64,000 nucleotides of DNA, taken from Eledone cirrhosa. Lineage: Eukaryota. Location: contig OZ024745.1 of NCBI GenBank assembly GCA_964016885.1, positions 7,936,001 through 8,000,000 on the forward strand. Reading direction: 5' to 3'. Position 1 is the first letter of the stretch; the number at the start of each line of letters is the position of its first letter. The notes beneath the pieces are model-generated. The model saw only the letters and a program-made list of their open reading frames with translations, did no database searches and was not told the origin of the DNA. Positions 48,566-64,000 of this stretch are shown here, piece by piece. The translations under genes were made by a program, and so were the position numbers.

Positions 48566-50321
48566 GGAAAAATTTGAACAGGAACGAAACAGAGAGGCAG
48601 TACAACGAATGTTTATTAATTTCACGCTCTGGAGAGTGGGGTGTTGGTGGGGAACGACGTTTCGAGCATAAGCCCTTCCTCAGGTGAGAAGTGTGTGGGA
48701 ACAGAGTTCAAAGGGTGTGTAGGGGAGTGGTGGAGAGACATATAGCGAAAGGAAACGGTGCGAATGAAATTAAAAATAAAAATAAAAATAAAAATAAAAA
48801 TAAAAATAAAGTATGATCAAAATACAAGGAATGAAATAAATTTAAATATAAAAGCATGATCAAAATAAACTGAAATTAAAAGGGGGGGTAAAACAGGTGG
48901 TGGAAGGGTGTCGGGTGTGTAGGGGTGGTGGCCAGTGGAGTGGGGAGAGGGAGACGGGGTGTCCGAGCGGGGAGCGCTGAAGGTGGTGTGTGTGTGTAGG
49001 TGTACGTGTGTGTGTGTGTATGTGAAAGTAAGGGTTGGGGGAAGAACGGGGTTGCATGTTCAGGAAGAGGTGTGTGTGTGTGTGGGGGGGGGGGGGGTGT
49101 TGTAGGTCGCAGTGTCTGTGCGTGTGTGGATAGAGGGGTGGGGGAGAGGAATCAGGAGGCTGAGGGTGTAAATATGTGGTGGAAAGCACGTGTGTGTGGG
49201 GTTTAAGCGTGTTGTGGGTGTAGGTGGCGTGTGGAGAAAAAAAAATGTTTGGGGGTGTGTGTGTGGGTGAGTTATATAGGTGATTCCGTAAGAGGATGGT
49301 TGAAAAGTTGGTAAAATCCGATGATGTTTAGTGGATTCTGTGGTGGTCAAGTTCTACGTACGAGTATTCCATGAAGCGATGGTCGGAAGAGGAGAGATGT
49401 GGGGTGCGCGCACAACAGTAAGTGGTCAAGCAGTGGGAGTGCTGTGTGTCTGTTTGTGCTGGGAGGTGGTCAGAGGGCATAGCAGCAGTCGGTGGAATGG
49501 TAAAGGGGCGAGGATGGGTAGGTATGAAAGTTGGAGTGAGGAGGGTGTGTGTGTGTGTATTAGTAGAGGTGTTAGTGGGATGAGTGAGTGTGGAGCGAGG
49601 GTGTGGGTGGAGCGGGGAGAGAAGGGTGTGTGTAGTTCTATGGAGGGAGTGTGGTGTACTGGTGTGTGTGTAGTTTGATGAAGGGGTGTTAGTGGGTGTT
49701 AGTATACGGGTGATGGGGAGGGGTTGAATGCAGGTGTGAGTGGGGGTTAGTGGTGGTAGGGTGTGTAGAGTTGGTGGTGTATGAGGGTGTGTGGGTACGT
49801 GTGCGTGGGGTTGGGGGGTGTTAGTGATGTTAGTTGCGTGTGGGGTGGGTGGTGTAAGTGGGTGCGTGTGTTCGTGTGCTTGGGGTCAGGGGGTGTTAGT
49901 GATGTTAGTTGCGTGTGGGGTGGATGGTGTAAGTGGGTGCGTGTGTTCGTGTGCTTGGGGTCAGGGGGTGTTAGTGAGGTTAGTTGCGGGGTGGTGGGAT
50001 GGAGGTGTGGGGTGAGAGGTGTGGGGGTGAGGGTTAGTGGTGGTAGTAGGGTGTGTGTTTAGTGTGAGCGCGTGTATATATGTGCCGGTGGGTGTGTGCG
50101 TGTGATAAGGAGAGGGGAGGAGGAGAAGAAGGGAGGGATGTTAGTATGTTAGTTGGGGAAGGGTGGTCATATGAGGGGTGGAGTGGAGGTGTTAGTATTG
50201 TTAGTTGTGGGGTGGGCGGTGAAAAGGAGGGGTGTGTTAGTGGTGTTAGTGGGGGATAAGTGTGTGGGGAGGGGGCGGTCGAAGGCTAAAGGAATAAGGG
50301 TGGGGAGTTCAGGCCGGGGGG

Positions 50322-51023
<702 letters not shown>

Positions 51024-51039
51024 TATATATATATATATA

Positions 51040-53092
<2,053 letters not shown>

Positions 53093-53239
53093 AAAACTAT
53101 TTTAAAAAAACATTTACATCGATATACAAACATAGATTGAAAAAAAAAGAATATATATATAGATATACAAACACCTACACACACACCAACTTAAACACTC
53201 ATGCACACACAAACCCATACACACACATACACACACATA

Positions 53240-55488
53240 CACGCTAATATATACACAGACATACACACTAATATACACACACATACACACACATACACAC
53301 ACATACACACTAATATACACACTAATATACACACTAATATACACACTAATATACACTGTAATATACACACACATACACACACATACACACTAATATACAC
53401 ACTAATATACACACTAATATACACACTAATATACACAGTAATATACACACATATACACACACATACGCACTACTATGCACACTAATATACACACTAATAT
53501 ACACACTAATATACACACTAATATACACAGTAATATTACACACTTATATACACACTAATATACACACTAATATACACACTTATATACACACTAATATACA
53601 CACTTATATACACACTAATATACACACTAATATACATAGTAATATACACACTAATATACACACTGATATACACACTAATATACACACTAATATACACACT
53701 AATATACACCCTACTATACACACTAACGTACACACAAATATACACACTAATATACACACTGATATACACATTAATATACACACTAATATACACACTAATA
53801 TACACACTGATATACACACTAATATACACACTAATATACACACTAATATACACGCTACTATGCACACTAATATACACACAAATATACACACTAATATACA
53901 CGCTAATATACACAGTAATATACACGCTAATATACACAGTAATATACACACTTATATACACACTAATATACACACTAATATACACAGTAATATACACACT
54001 AATATACATAGTAATATACACACTAATATACACACTAATATACATAGTAATGTACACACTAATATGCACAGTAATATACACACTTATATACACACTAATA
54101 TGCACAGTAATATACACACTTATATACACACTAATATACACACTAATATACACAGTAATATGGTGGCTGCCAACTCGTTTTCGAGTACGGCCACTACTTT
54201 ATATCCATGTAGGAGAACCCCTACCGATGCGCTGAACGAGTGTGACTTTTTAGTCCAGCCAGCGACTTGAAAACTCTGGTACAAACACTACACTTGTGAC
54301 AATTACTGACACATAGTGCTGGGCCCATGGTACCATGTGACGACAAGTGCAGAGAGATCTCCAGATATAAAGCAATGCCTGTGCCGTGAAGCTTTTATAG
54401 TGAGCAAAGGCACTGCACAAAGCCAGTCCCACTCTCTTAACCAAGATGATATTTACCAAAAAGAAGAACAAGTCAACATCATTGGATACCATCAGGGTTG
54501 CAGGTGTTATATCAAAGGGCAAAGGAGCTCTTAAGAGTCAATGGCCATCCAAAATCACCGGGAGAGATGACCCCTTAGCCTTTGTCAAGGCAGAATTCTA
54601 GGAGAAGGAAAACACAGTAATATACACACTAATATACACACTTATATACACACTAATATACACACTAATATACATAGTAATATACACACTAATATACACA
54701 CTGATATACACACTAATATACACATTAATATACATAGTAATATACACACTAATATACACACTAATATACACACTGATATACACACTGATATACACACTAA
54801 TATACACACTTATATACACACTAATATACACATTAATATACATAGTAATATACACGCTAATATACACACTAATATACATACTAATATACACGTTAATATA
54901 CACACTAATATACACACTAATATACACAGTAATATACACACTTATATACACACTAATATACACACTGATATACACACTAATATACACACTAATATACACA
55001 CTAATATACACACTAATATACACACTGATATACACACTAATATACACACTAATATACATACTAATATACACGCTACTATTCACACTAATATACACACTTA
55101 TATACACACTAATATACACACTAATATACACAGTAATATACACACTAATATACACACTTATATACACACTAATATACACACTAATATACATAGTAATATA
55201 CACACTAATATACACACTGATATACACACTAATATACACACTAATATACACACTAATATACACACTAATATAGACGCTAATATACACACTAATATACACA
55301 CTAATATACAGACTAATATACACACTAATATACACACTAATATACACAGTAATATACACAGTCATATACACTGTGATATACACAATAATATACACAGTAA
55401 TATACACACTAATATATACACTAATATACACAGTAATATACACACTAATATACACACTTATATACACACTAATATACACAGTAATATA
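53240..55488. repeat. 12-bp tandem repeat (TAATATACACAC), interrupted at 54162-54613
   Basis: Direct periodicity. Confidence 0.95.
54162..54613 (-). mobile_element. Short non-autonomous RTE-related element, copy 4, with inverted 5' segment
   Basis: 54162-54514 is colinear with the other copies; 54558-54613 is the reverse complement of 30022-30079. Confidence 0.85.
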
Positions 55489-55544
55489 TTCGAGTAATTA
55501 CCTGTACAAGCTAATTACGTAATACATTTAATTTCCTAAGATAA

Positions 55545-55930
55545 ACAGAAAGAAAAGAAAGAAAGAAAGAAAGAATGAAAGCAAGAGAGAAAGCAATGAC
55601 AGAGAGGAGGAAAGAAAGAAGAGTAGAGATAAAGGTAGAGAGAGGGAGAGAGTGGGAAAGAGAGGGAGAGAGAGGGAAAGAGAGGTAGAGAGAGGTAGAG
55701 AGAGGTAGAGCGAGGTGGAGGGAAGTACAGAGGGGTAGAGAGAGGTAGAGAGAGGGAGAGAGAGAAAGAGAGAGGTAGAGAGAGGTAGAGAGAGGGAGAG
55801 AGAGAGGGAGAGGTAGAAGGAGGTAGAGAGAGGGAAAGAGAGGTAGAGAGAGGTATAGAGAGGTAGAGAGTGGGAGAGAGAGGGAGAAAGAGAGAGGGAG
55901 AGGGAGTGAGGGAAAGGTAGAGGGAGGGAG
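55545..55930. repeat. Purine-rich (AG/AGAGGT) tract
   Basis: Direct reading. Confidence 0.85.
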
Positions 55931-56140
55931 TCCCGCCTTTGAACGCTAAACATCAAACTCGGTGGTTGAATAAAAACATCAGACAGGGCTTTGTCGCTAT
56001 TGTCGCTATTGTTGTTGTTGTTTTTGTGGTTGTTGTTTTTATAGTAAGTGGTGTGCGCGCGTTTGTGTATGTGTGTGCGTGTGTGCGTGTATGTGTGTGT
56101 ATGTGTGTGTATGTGTATGTGTGTGTGTGCGTGTATGTGT

Positions 56141-56190
<50 letters not shown>

Positions 56191-56251
56191 TAGATTGTGT
56201 GTTTATTAAATATTGGGTGTATGGAAATTTATGAGCGTTAAAAGCACACTC

Positions 56252-56311
<60 letters not shown>

Positions 56312-56313
<2 letters not shown>

Positions 56314-56426
56314 ATTTATCCCGGGTTGAATCGGAGGTAACCACAGTAAGTAAGGTACTCAATACATCAATACATAGCACAGTATAAAAGTTTTAATATA
56401 GATGAGATTCTATTTATTGAATCTCA

Positions 56427-56434
<8 letters not shown>
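56312..56434. mobile_element. Short member of the 20062/62965 family ending in a 17-bp fold-back
   Basis: CGGGTTGAATCGG..CACAGTAAGTAAGGTACTCAATAC, then TAATATAGATGAGATTC / GAATCTCATCTATATTA. Confidence 0.65.
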
Positions 56435-56494
<60 letters not shown>

Positions 56495-56497
<3 letters not shown>

Positions 56498-57050
56498 TGC
56501 AGGGCAATAAAAATAGACGGTAGCCACGGAGTAGGCAGACCCAGAAAAACGTGGGATGACTTGATAAATTCCGACCTCACACACTTACACCTCTCCAAGA
56601 CAATGTCACTGGACCGAGATCTTTGGCGGTACTCAGTAATAGAGAAGACCCGCCTTACCTAAGTGCAAAGTGTAACCTACTACACCCAGTGGCACCTTTA
56701 ACAAAATACACCCCCGTCCCAATACCCCCACCCCATCTACACCACCCCTTTCAATGTAAAGTTATGTTGGTACCACAACATCCAGCCCGAAACAAATGAG
56801 GTCGTGTAGGTGTCACGACAAAAACACACAGTCCACGCAGTAATGTGGCCGTGTAGGTAACACGGTAAAAACCTCCTAGTTCCACACTGTAAATGTGGTT
56901 GGTGTTAGGAAGGGCATCCAGCTGTAGAAAACCCGCCAGACAGTCTTATGCGAGCAAGACAACCACTCTTGCCTCAAGTTGGAAACTCCCGTCCAAACCC
57001 ATGCGAGCGTGGAATATGGACGTTAAACGAAGATGATGATGATGATGATA
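56495..57050 (+). mobile_element. RTE-like LINE 3' end (third family)
   Basis: GRPRKTW..I..DL.....DRDLWR peptide; 3' UTR ending GGACGTTAAACGAA(GAT)n. Confidence 0.75.
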
Positions 57051-57177
57051 TGTAGGAGGTAAGTTTTATTGTAGTACAATAAAGCAATGCAGATATCGGA
57101 TAAGTAGCACTCTACAGTTTGTAGGACTGGAGTATAAATAATATATAAGATCAAAAGATGGTTAAAAGAGTTCCATG

Positions 57178-57248
57178 TATTTTATTATGCGCATTTCAAA
57201 AACAAATATGATCATGCGATGACATTTGCGTTTTCGTCAGATAAAATA
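57178..57248 (-). ncRNA. Type I hammerhead ribozyme motif (left arm)
   Basis: Inverted copy of 61491-61561 with one stem II change. Confidence 0.75.
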
Positions 57249-59383
57249 GGGAGACATGATATGAAGGTTAAAAAACACTTGTGAATAGTGCAGTTTTAAA
57301 TCAACATATGAAAAGTAGTTTTAGATTGATGTGTGATATTGGGGAAAAAATGTTGTGGGGGAGGGATGAAAAAGAGGAGGAGATGAGAGTAAAGAATGGA
57401 GGGGGAGGAATATAATAAGGAAGGATGAGATAGGAGGAGAGATGGGTGATAGAGAGAGAGAGATAGCTTTTATAACTGAGAAAAATATATTGTTTTACAG
57501 AGAGAGGTTAAAAAACCGTTGGAAGATAATATATAAATTAAAAGAATTTGAAAATTAACGAAGAGAAAAAATTTTTGAATAATGTTAAATGAAGGTTTGT
57601 ATATTGGCGGGTTTAATAATATGTGCGATGAAAAGAAATTGTTAATATGTATTAAGAATAATATTAAGTTAAGGTTTGAATATTGAAGGGTTTAATAATA
57701 TGTGCGATGGAAAGACATTGTTGATATGTATTATTAAAAAAAAATAAAAATAGTAATATAATTAAGGATATATTGTGAAAAGAAGTAGAAGAGTGGGTGA
57801 ATATGTGTAATATATAGAAGTTAGATGAGCATGAAAGGGAGAAAAAATTAATGAATTGAGGATGAATAATTATTCATCCTCAATTCATTTTTTTTGACAT
57901 TTGATTATAATCTAACGTAAAAAAAAATGTTTATGTTTACGAAGTATTTTTCAAGGTGATACTATAAAGTATTTAAAAGGGTAATATTAAATTTTATGGC
58001 CAGTGATAGGATGGAAGAAGGAAGAGTGGATATATTGTGGTGAGTAATAATGAGAATTGAGAAGTATCTAGGAAGAAAAGGTACAGATTAGAGGTTAGAA
58101 ATTAAAAGAAAAAAGGAAAAAAATAAAGAAAGGGAAGTGATAAATAGGAGTGATATAGAATGAGTAAGGTAGAAAGATGGGTATATTTTTAAAGAAATAT
58201 ATATGTATATATATATGTGCCTTTGAGAAAAAGGATTTTAAATTGGTAAAGTATTAGATATTAGCTGTATACTTTATGGAATGTTCTGTGGAATTTATGC
58301 AAGCAGAGAGAAAATAAGTCAGTGCGTTTATTTATTATAGAATCTAAATTAGATATAATGGTAAATTTCTCACATAAACTGAGATTACATGTCTTGGATA
58401 GAGAAGCATTCAAGTATGGAGAAGCAGAACAAACCTTCCTCCAAGAGATGTTATAGTTAATATTTTTGTCTTTCAAGGACCATATGAGTTCTGAGAGTGC
58501 CGTGTTGGTTCTTTTAAGTTGGTATTTAAAAGACGAATGATGATTATAAAGACGAGCTTTAAAGGAGGTGGAAGTGGAGCCAAAATAGGCAAAGGAATTG
58601 GTGTCAGTTATAACTTTACATTCATAGATTCATATTTTTTCAAGACAATGGTTGTTGAGAGGACATTTATTTTTAACAGGGCAATTACAATTGCGATTAG
58701 AGAAATTAACAGAGTTATTAACAAGTGACCTAGTGTTATCTATAGAAGGAAATGGATTGGAGAAGTTATTTAAGATAGGAATAATAGTTTCTTGATTTAG
58801 ATTGGGATTAAGAACATTTAACGAAGTTGCGTTTGACGTTGTATTTGGGTTTGCAGAAATTAGCCTAGAGTTAACAATGACGTCGGGAGTACTATTACTA
58901 TTATTATGATAATGTTGGAGATGTTGAAGGAGGTCGAATAGGAAAATGTTATAGTGTGTTTGTTAAATATTTTACTATAGATATGTGAGGGAGGGAAGCA
59001 TTTATTTAAGGCACTAAAGAATAATTTAAGAATATTATTATTAATAGAGATGGAGAAAGGAGCATTATACCAGATTATGTTTTTGTATCTAGGTCTTTTA
59101 TGAAAGTTATTAGAATGATCATGATTAATTATTCTACTGTAAGATCTTCTAGAATTTGTTTCTTTACTATATTTGATTTTATCAGGATAACCGGCTTTAG
59201 AAAGCGCGTTATTATAGTAATTGGCGTTAGCATCAAAGATGTTTTTATTAGATTATAGGTTGGATATTCTTTTTCCAATATTACTAACTATAGCATTCTT
59301 AATATTAGTGGGGTGGTTAGATTTAAAATTAACATAATTTAGATTCTCGTTGTTTTTATGGTAAGGGTAATATAGGCCAGTGT

Positions 59384-60475
59384 CACTAATATTAAGAAGG
59401 CTATAGTTAGTAATATTGGAAAAAGAATATCCAACCTTTCATCTAATAAAAACATCTTTGATGCTAACGCCAATTACTATAATAACGCGCTTTCTAAAGC
59501 CGGTTATCCTGATAAAATTAAATATAGTAAAGAAACAAATTCTAGAAGATCTTACAGTAGAATAATTAATCATGATCATTCCAATAACTTTTATAAAAGA
59601 CCTAGATACAAAAACATAATCTGGTATAATGCTCCTTCTCCATCTCTATTAATAATAATATTCCTAAATTATTCTTTAGTGCCTTAAATAAATGCTTCCC
59701 TCCCTCACATATCTATAGTAAAATATTTAACAAACACACTATAAAATGTTCCTATTCGACCTCCTCCAACATCTCCAACATTATCTCTAAACAACAATAA
59801 AATACTAAATACTAAATCTCTTCCTTCCAACACTGAATATCATAATAATAGTAATAGTACTCCCGACGTCATTGTTAACTCTAGGCTAATTTCTGCAAAC
59901 CCAAATACAACGTCAAACGCAACTTCGTTAAATGTTCTTAATCCCAATCTAAATCAAGAAACTATTATTCCTATCTTAAATAACTTCTCCAATCCATTTC
60001 CTTCTATAGATAACACTAGGTCACTTGTTAATAACTCTGTTAATTTCTCTAATCGCAATTGTAATTGCCCTGTTAAAAATAAATGTCCTCTCAACAACCA
60101 TTGTCTTGAAAAAAACTTAATCTATGAATGTAAAGTTATAACTGACACCATTTTGGCTCCACTTCCACCTCCTTTAAAGCTCGTCTTTATAATCATCATT
60201 CGTCTTTTAAATACCAACTTAAAAGAACCAACACGGCACTCTCAGAACTCATATGGTCCTTGAAAGACAAAAATATTAACTATAACATCTCTTGGAGGAA
60301 GGTTTGTTCTGCTTCTCCATACTTGAATGCTTCTCTATCCAAGACATGTAATCTCTGTTTATGTGAGAAATTTACCATTATATCTAATTTAGATTCTATA
60401 ATAAATAAACGCACTGACTTGTTTTCTCTCTGCTTGCATAAATTCCACAGAACATTCCATAAAGTATACAGCTAA
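59384..60475 (+). pseudogene. Penelope RT C-terminus + GIY-YIG endonuclease, frameshifted (mirror copy at 58261-59383, minus)
   Basis: Motifs listed for the inverted pair; ORFs 60260-60475 and 58261-58476. Confidence 0.8.
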
Positions 60476-61490
60476 TATCTAATACTTTACCAATTTAAAA
60501 TCCTTTTTCTCAAAGGCACATATATATATACATATATATTTCTTTAAAAATATACCCATCTTTCTACCTTATTTCAATGTTATTTATTATACATTATATA
60601 ATACTTGTTACTCATTCTATATCACTCCTATTTATCATTTCCCTTTCTTTCTATTTTTCCTTTTTTCTTTTAATTTCTAACCTCTAATCTGACCCTTTCC
60701 TTTTTAGGTACTTCTCAATTCTCATTATTGCTCACCACAATATATCCACTCTTCCTTCTTCCATCCTATCACTGGCCATAAAATTTAATATTACCCTTTT
60801 AAATACTTTATAGTATCACCTTGAAAAATACTCCGTAAACATAAGCATTTTTTTTTTGACGTTAGATTATTCATCCTCAATTCATTAATTTTTTTCTCCC
60901 TTTCATGCTCATCTAACTTCTACATATTACACATATTCACCCACTCTTCTGCTTCTTTTCACAATATATCCTTAATTACATTACTATTTTTATATTTTTT
61001 TTAATAATACATATCAACAATTTCTTTCCATCGCACATATTATTAAACCCTTCAATATTCAAACCTTAACTTAATATTATTCTTAATACATATTAACAAT
61101 TTCTTTTCATCGCACATATTATTAAACCCGTCAATATACAAACCTTCATTTAACATTATTCAAAAATTTTTTCTCTTCGTTAATTTTCAAATTCTTTTAA
61201 TTTATATATTATCTTCCAACGGTTTTTTAACCTCTCTCTGTAAAACAATATATGTTTCTCAGTTATAAAAGCTATCTCTCTCTCTCTATCACCCATCTCT
61301 CCTCCTATCTCATCCTTCCTTATTATACTCCTCCCCCTCCATTCTTTACTCTCATCTCCTCCTCTTTTTCCTCCCCCCCCCCACAACATTTTTTTCCCAA
61401 TATCACACATCAATCTAAAACTACTTTTCATATGTTGATTTAAAACTGCACTATTCACAAGTGTTTTTTAACCTTCATATCATGTCTCCC

Positions 61491-61561
61491 TATTTTATCT
61501 GACGAAAACGCAAATGTCATCGCATGATGATATTTGTTTTTGAAATGCGCATAATAAAATA
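61491..61561 (+). ncRNA. Type I hammerhead ribozyme motif (right arm)
   Basis: TATTTTAT-CTGACGA-AAACGCAAATGTCATC(GCAT)GATGATATTTGTTTTT-GAAA-TGCGCAT-A-ATAAAATA: 8-bp stem I, ~16-bp stem II, palindromic ATGCGCAT. Confidence 0.8.
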
Positions 61562-61636
61562 CATGGAACTCTTTTAACCATCTTTTGATCTTATATATTA
61601 TTTATATATATATATATATCTTATATATATTATATT

Positions 61637-61727
<91 letters not shown>

Positions 61728-61817
61728 GCATATATATAATAGTTGAAAAATGAACAAACAAAACACAGGTGGCAACTTTACATAGTTATATTAGGTACAC
61801 GCTGGAAGTGGAGGAGG

Positions 61818-61853
61818 TTTCAACGTTTCAGACAGAAGTCCTTCATCAGGAAA
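61818..61853 (-). ncRNA. Minimal hammerhead ribozyme motif
   Basis: TTTC-CTGATGA-AGGAC(TTCT)GTCT-GAAAC-GTT-GAAA. Confidence 0.7.
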
Positions 61854-62100
61854 GTTCAGATAGGGGCAGAATAGAAACTCCGAGAAGTAAGGGAAGGTTA
61901 AGGAAGGAAATTAAAAATAATAATAATAAATAATATTTATAAATAAATGTGATAGGGGGTTATAGATCCAGGTTGGGGGCGGGGCATGTATGTGGCAGTG
62001 TGTGGCGAAGGGGAGAAATGAGTAGAAGGTTTCAAATAGTTCTCAGTGTATATGAAGAGACGAGTATTGGCTTAGTGTGTGTGTAGATGTGTATGTGATC

Positions 62101-62237
<137 letters not shown>

Positions 62238-62964
62238 GTACTCATTCCAGAGCAGACACAATATTAATTATATATTGTAATACATATGATAACAATATTA
62301 TATTAAAATATTTCATTATTTGTTTTATCTAAACTATATCTATACAACCATTACATATTTACAAATGATATGTAGAATATAGAAAATATATAAAACATGT
62401 GAGACCTTTATTATTATCTACTTCCTGTTTGATGTAATTATTACAGCATCACATGACCTCAGTAGATATAATGGATTCTTTTATAAAGTCAAATTTATTG
62501 TGTATCATAGACATTCTCCACCCACACCCTCTCTTTTAATATCTAGTCATTGTTCAATACAAAGTTAAACATCGATAAATTTAATTTATTAGCTAACCTA
62601 TAAATCGTAAAACAGCTATGAATAGACTTCATATATGTCATCTAATTGGAGGAGATGCTACACTCCTCAGTCTCAGGGAAATATTTCTAGAATATTATCA
62701 AGTTGGGATGAACATTCAGCAAACCAAATCTATTTTGTATTAGGATTGATATATTTTAAGAAGCTTTGATGAGGTATAACGTATTTTAGTATACCAGATG
62801 AAATCAGTGGCAAGTATATGGTATTACAATAAGGACAAGGACAGTCTTTCCCCTGATGAGCAACTAAGCTATATAAAATTTGAGGCCCTTTAAAAAAAAT
62901 TCAGATAAAGAAATTTTAAATTTTAATTATTTATAAATTATGACAAAATAATTATATATATATA

Positions 62965-63160
62965 AGTTTAAACCGGGTTCAATCGGGGGTAACCACAGTA
63001 AGTAAGGTACTCAATACAAAGCAGAGTATAAATATTTAATATAGAAAGGCTTCTACAGGACTATAACTGTTTCATTCAGGAGAAATCATCAGGAGCTTCC
63101 TGGTGATTTCTCCCGAATGAAACAGTTCTAGTCCTGTAGAAGCCTTTCTATATTAAATAT
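62965..63160. mobile_element. Fold-back hairpin with hammerhead-like motifs on both strands
   Basis: Arms 63032-63094 and 63098-63160; plus strand GCTTC-CTGGTGA..GAAACAG..CTGTA-GAAGC; minus strand has CTGATGA. Confidence 0.7.
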
Positions 63161-63162
63161 AT

Positions 63163-63370
63163 ATATCACATTAGAAACGGAGAATCAGTGGTGCGACGAA
63201 TTAGAATTTATTAGACATATTACAATCGTTTCTCTGGCGACCAGCTCGAGGCACGATCAATGCAATGATCGAACCTGACTCTGAAACCGCTGGTCGCCAG
63301 AGAAACGATTGTAATATGTCTAATAAATTTTATTCGTTGCACTACTGATTCTCCATTTCTTATGTGATAT
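63163..63370. repeat. ~80-bp-arm fold-back hairpin
   Basis: 63163-63245 versus 63289-63370; each arm carries GAAACG and AATAAA on its own strand. Confidence 0.8.
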
Positions 63371-63682
63371 TATACTCTGCTCTGTAAATGCATCGTGTGC
63401 TCAAACGGCATACCGCTTACGGACGCTTTAAGCATCCCACACCAATTATATATATATATATATATACGATATTAATAAATGGAAACTATATTTATAAAAC
63501 CATATTTATTTCATTATACATATTTCAGGGATACCAAATTAAATTATGGTATGCCTTCATCAGACAAAATACAATATATAACAGTTTTAATATCGTATAT
63601 CTACTCCAAATACTTGTCGAGTGCTTTATATCAGTTATAAAAATATTTACTTGTTGTATCCCAACAATTTAAATAGAACTTT

Positions 63683-63723
<41 letters not shown>

Positions 63724-63724
<1 letters not shown>

Positions 63725-64000
63725 GAAACACACAGATACATGCGGACACACACATATATACATGAATGCATCCGCACCCAACTGTGAGTTAAGGGTGCCA
63801 ACTTCACCGATGTTGCTCAATGAATGACTGGGACAGACCAATTCAGTTTGAACCAGACTGAACCAGTATCAGAGTTAAAAATACATTATGAAGAGAGAAG
63901 AAACATTTAGATATAATTAGTAATAAAATGTATCATACCTAAACTGTTCCTAAATTCCTCGACTACGTAGTTTCGTGGCATAAACAAAAACAATATATCA
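63724..64000 (-). mobile_element. Second copy of the 18706-19195 repeat (runs off the window)
   Basis: Colinear similarity. Confidence 0.65.

Larger units (their letters stand above)
57133..61606. mobile_element. Head-to-head inverted pair of 5'-truncated Penelope-like elements (~2.2 kb arms)
   Basis: 57133-59310 is the reverse complement of 59384-61606; encodes SNHP..., IIWYNAP, CNCPVKNKCPLNNHC..IY, RLYNH..SF, LSELIWSLK, CNLCLCEK..INKR. Confidence 0.9.

Noticed and set aside
53114-55479. YISV-repeat ORFs and the many [12 protein letters not shown] ORFs across the window
   Set aside because: Translations of microsatellites and minisatellites
62851-62880. CTGATGAGC hammerhead start (also CTGATGA at 44058 and 47018)
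   Set aside because: No correctly placed GAAA or stem I partner

Overview
AT-rich, microsatellite-saturated eukaryotic DNA with no supportable host protein-coding gene. The SINE, LINE and MITE repertoire suggests a cephalopod, probably Octopus (inference). Almost everything is nested mobile DNA: a near-intact Tx1/L1-group retrotransposon inserted in the 3' UTR of an RTE-like LINE; two RTE-like LINE families, one with three C-terminal C2H2-like fingers and four short non-autonomous relatives; CRE and R4/Dong restriction-like-endonuclease fragments; Penelope (GIY-YIG) remnants including a ~4.5 kb palindrome; a pogo/Tigger relic; a piggyBac-type MITE; a Helitron-type element; and tRNA-like SINEs. 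The most striking unannotated signals are (1) about a dozen hammerhead-ribozyme motifs, several with intact cores and palindromic stem III, often inside asymmetric fold-back hairpins, and (2) several minisatellites visibly derived from LINE or SINE sequence. Most ORFs in the track are microsatellite artefacts. Element boundaries were read by eye and are approximate.
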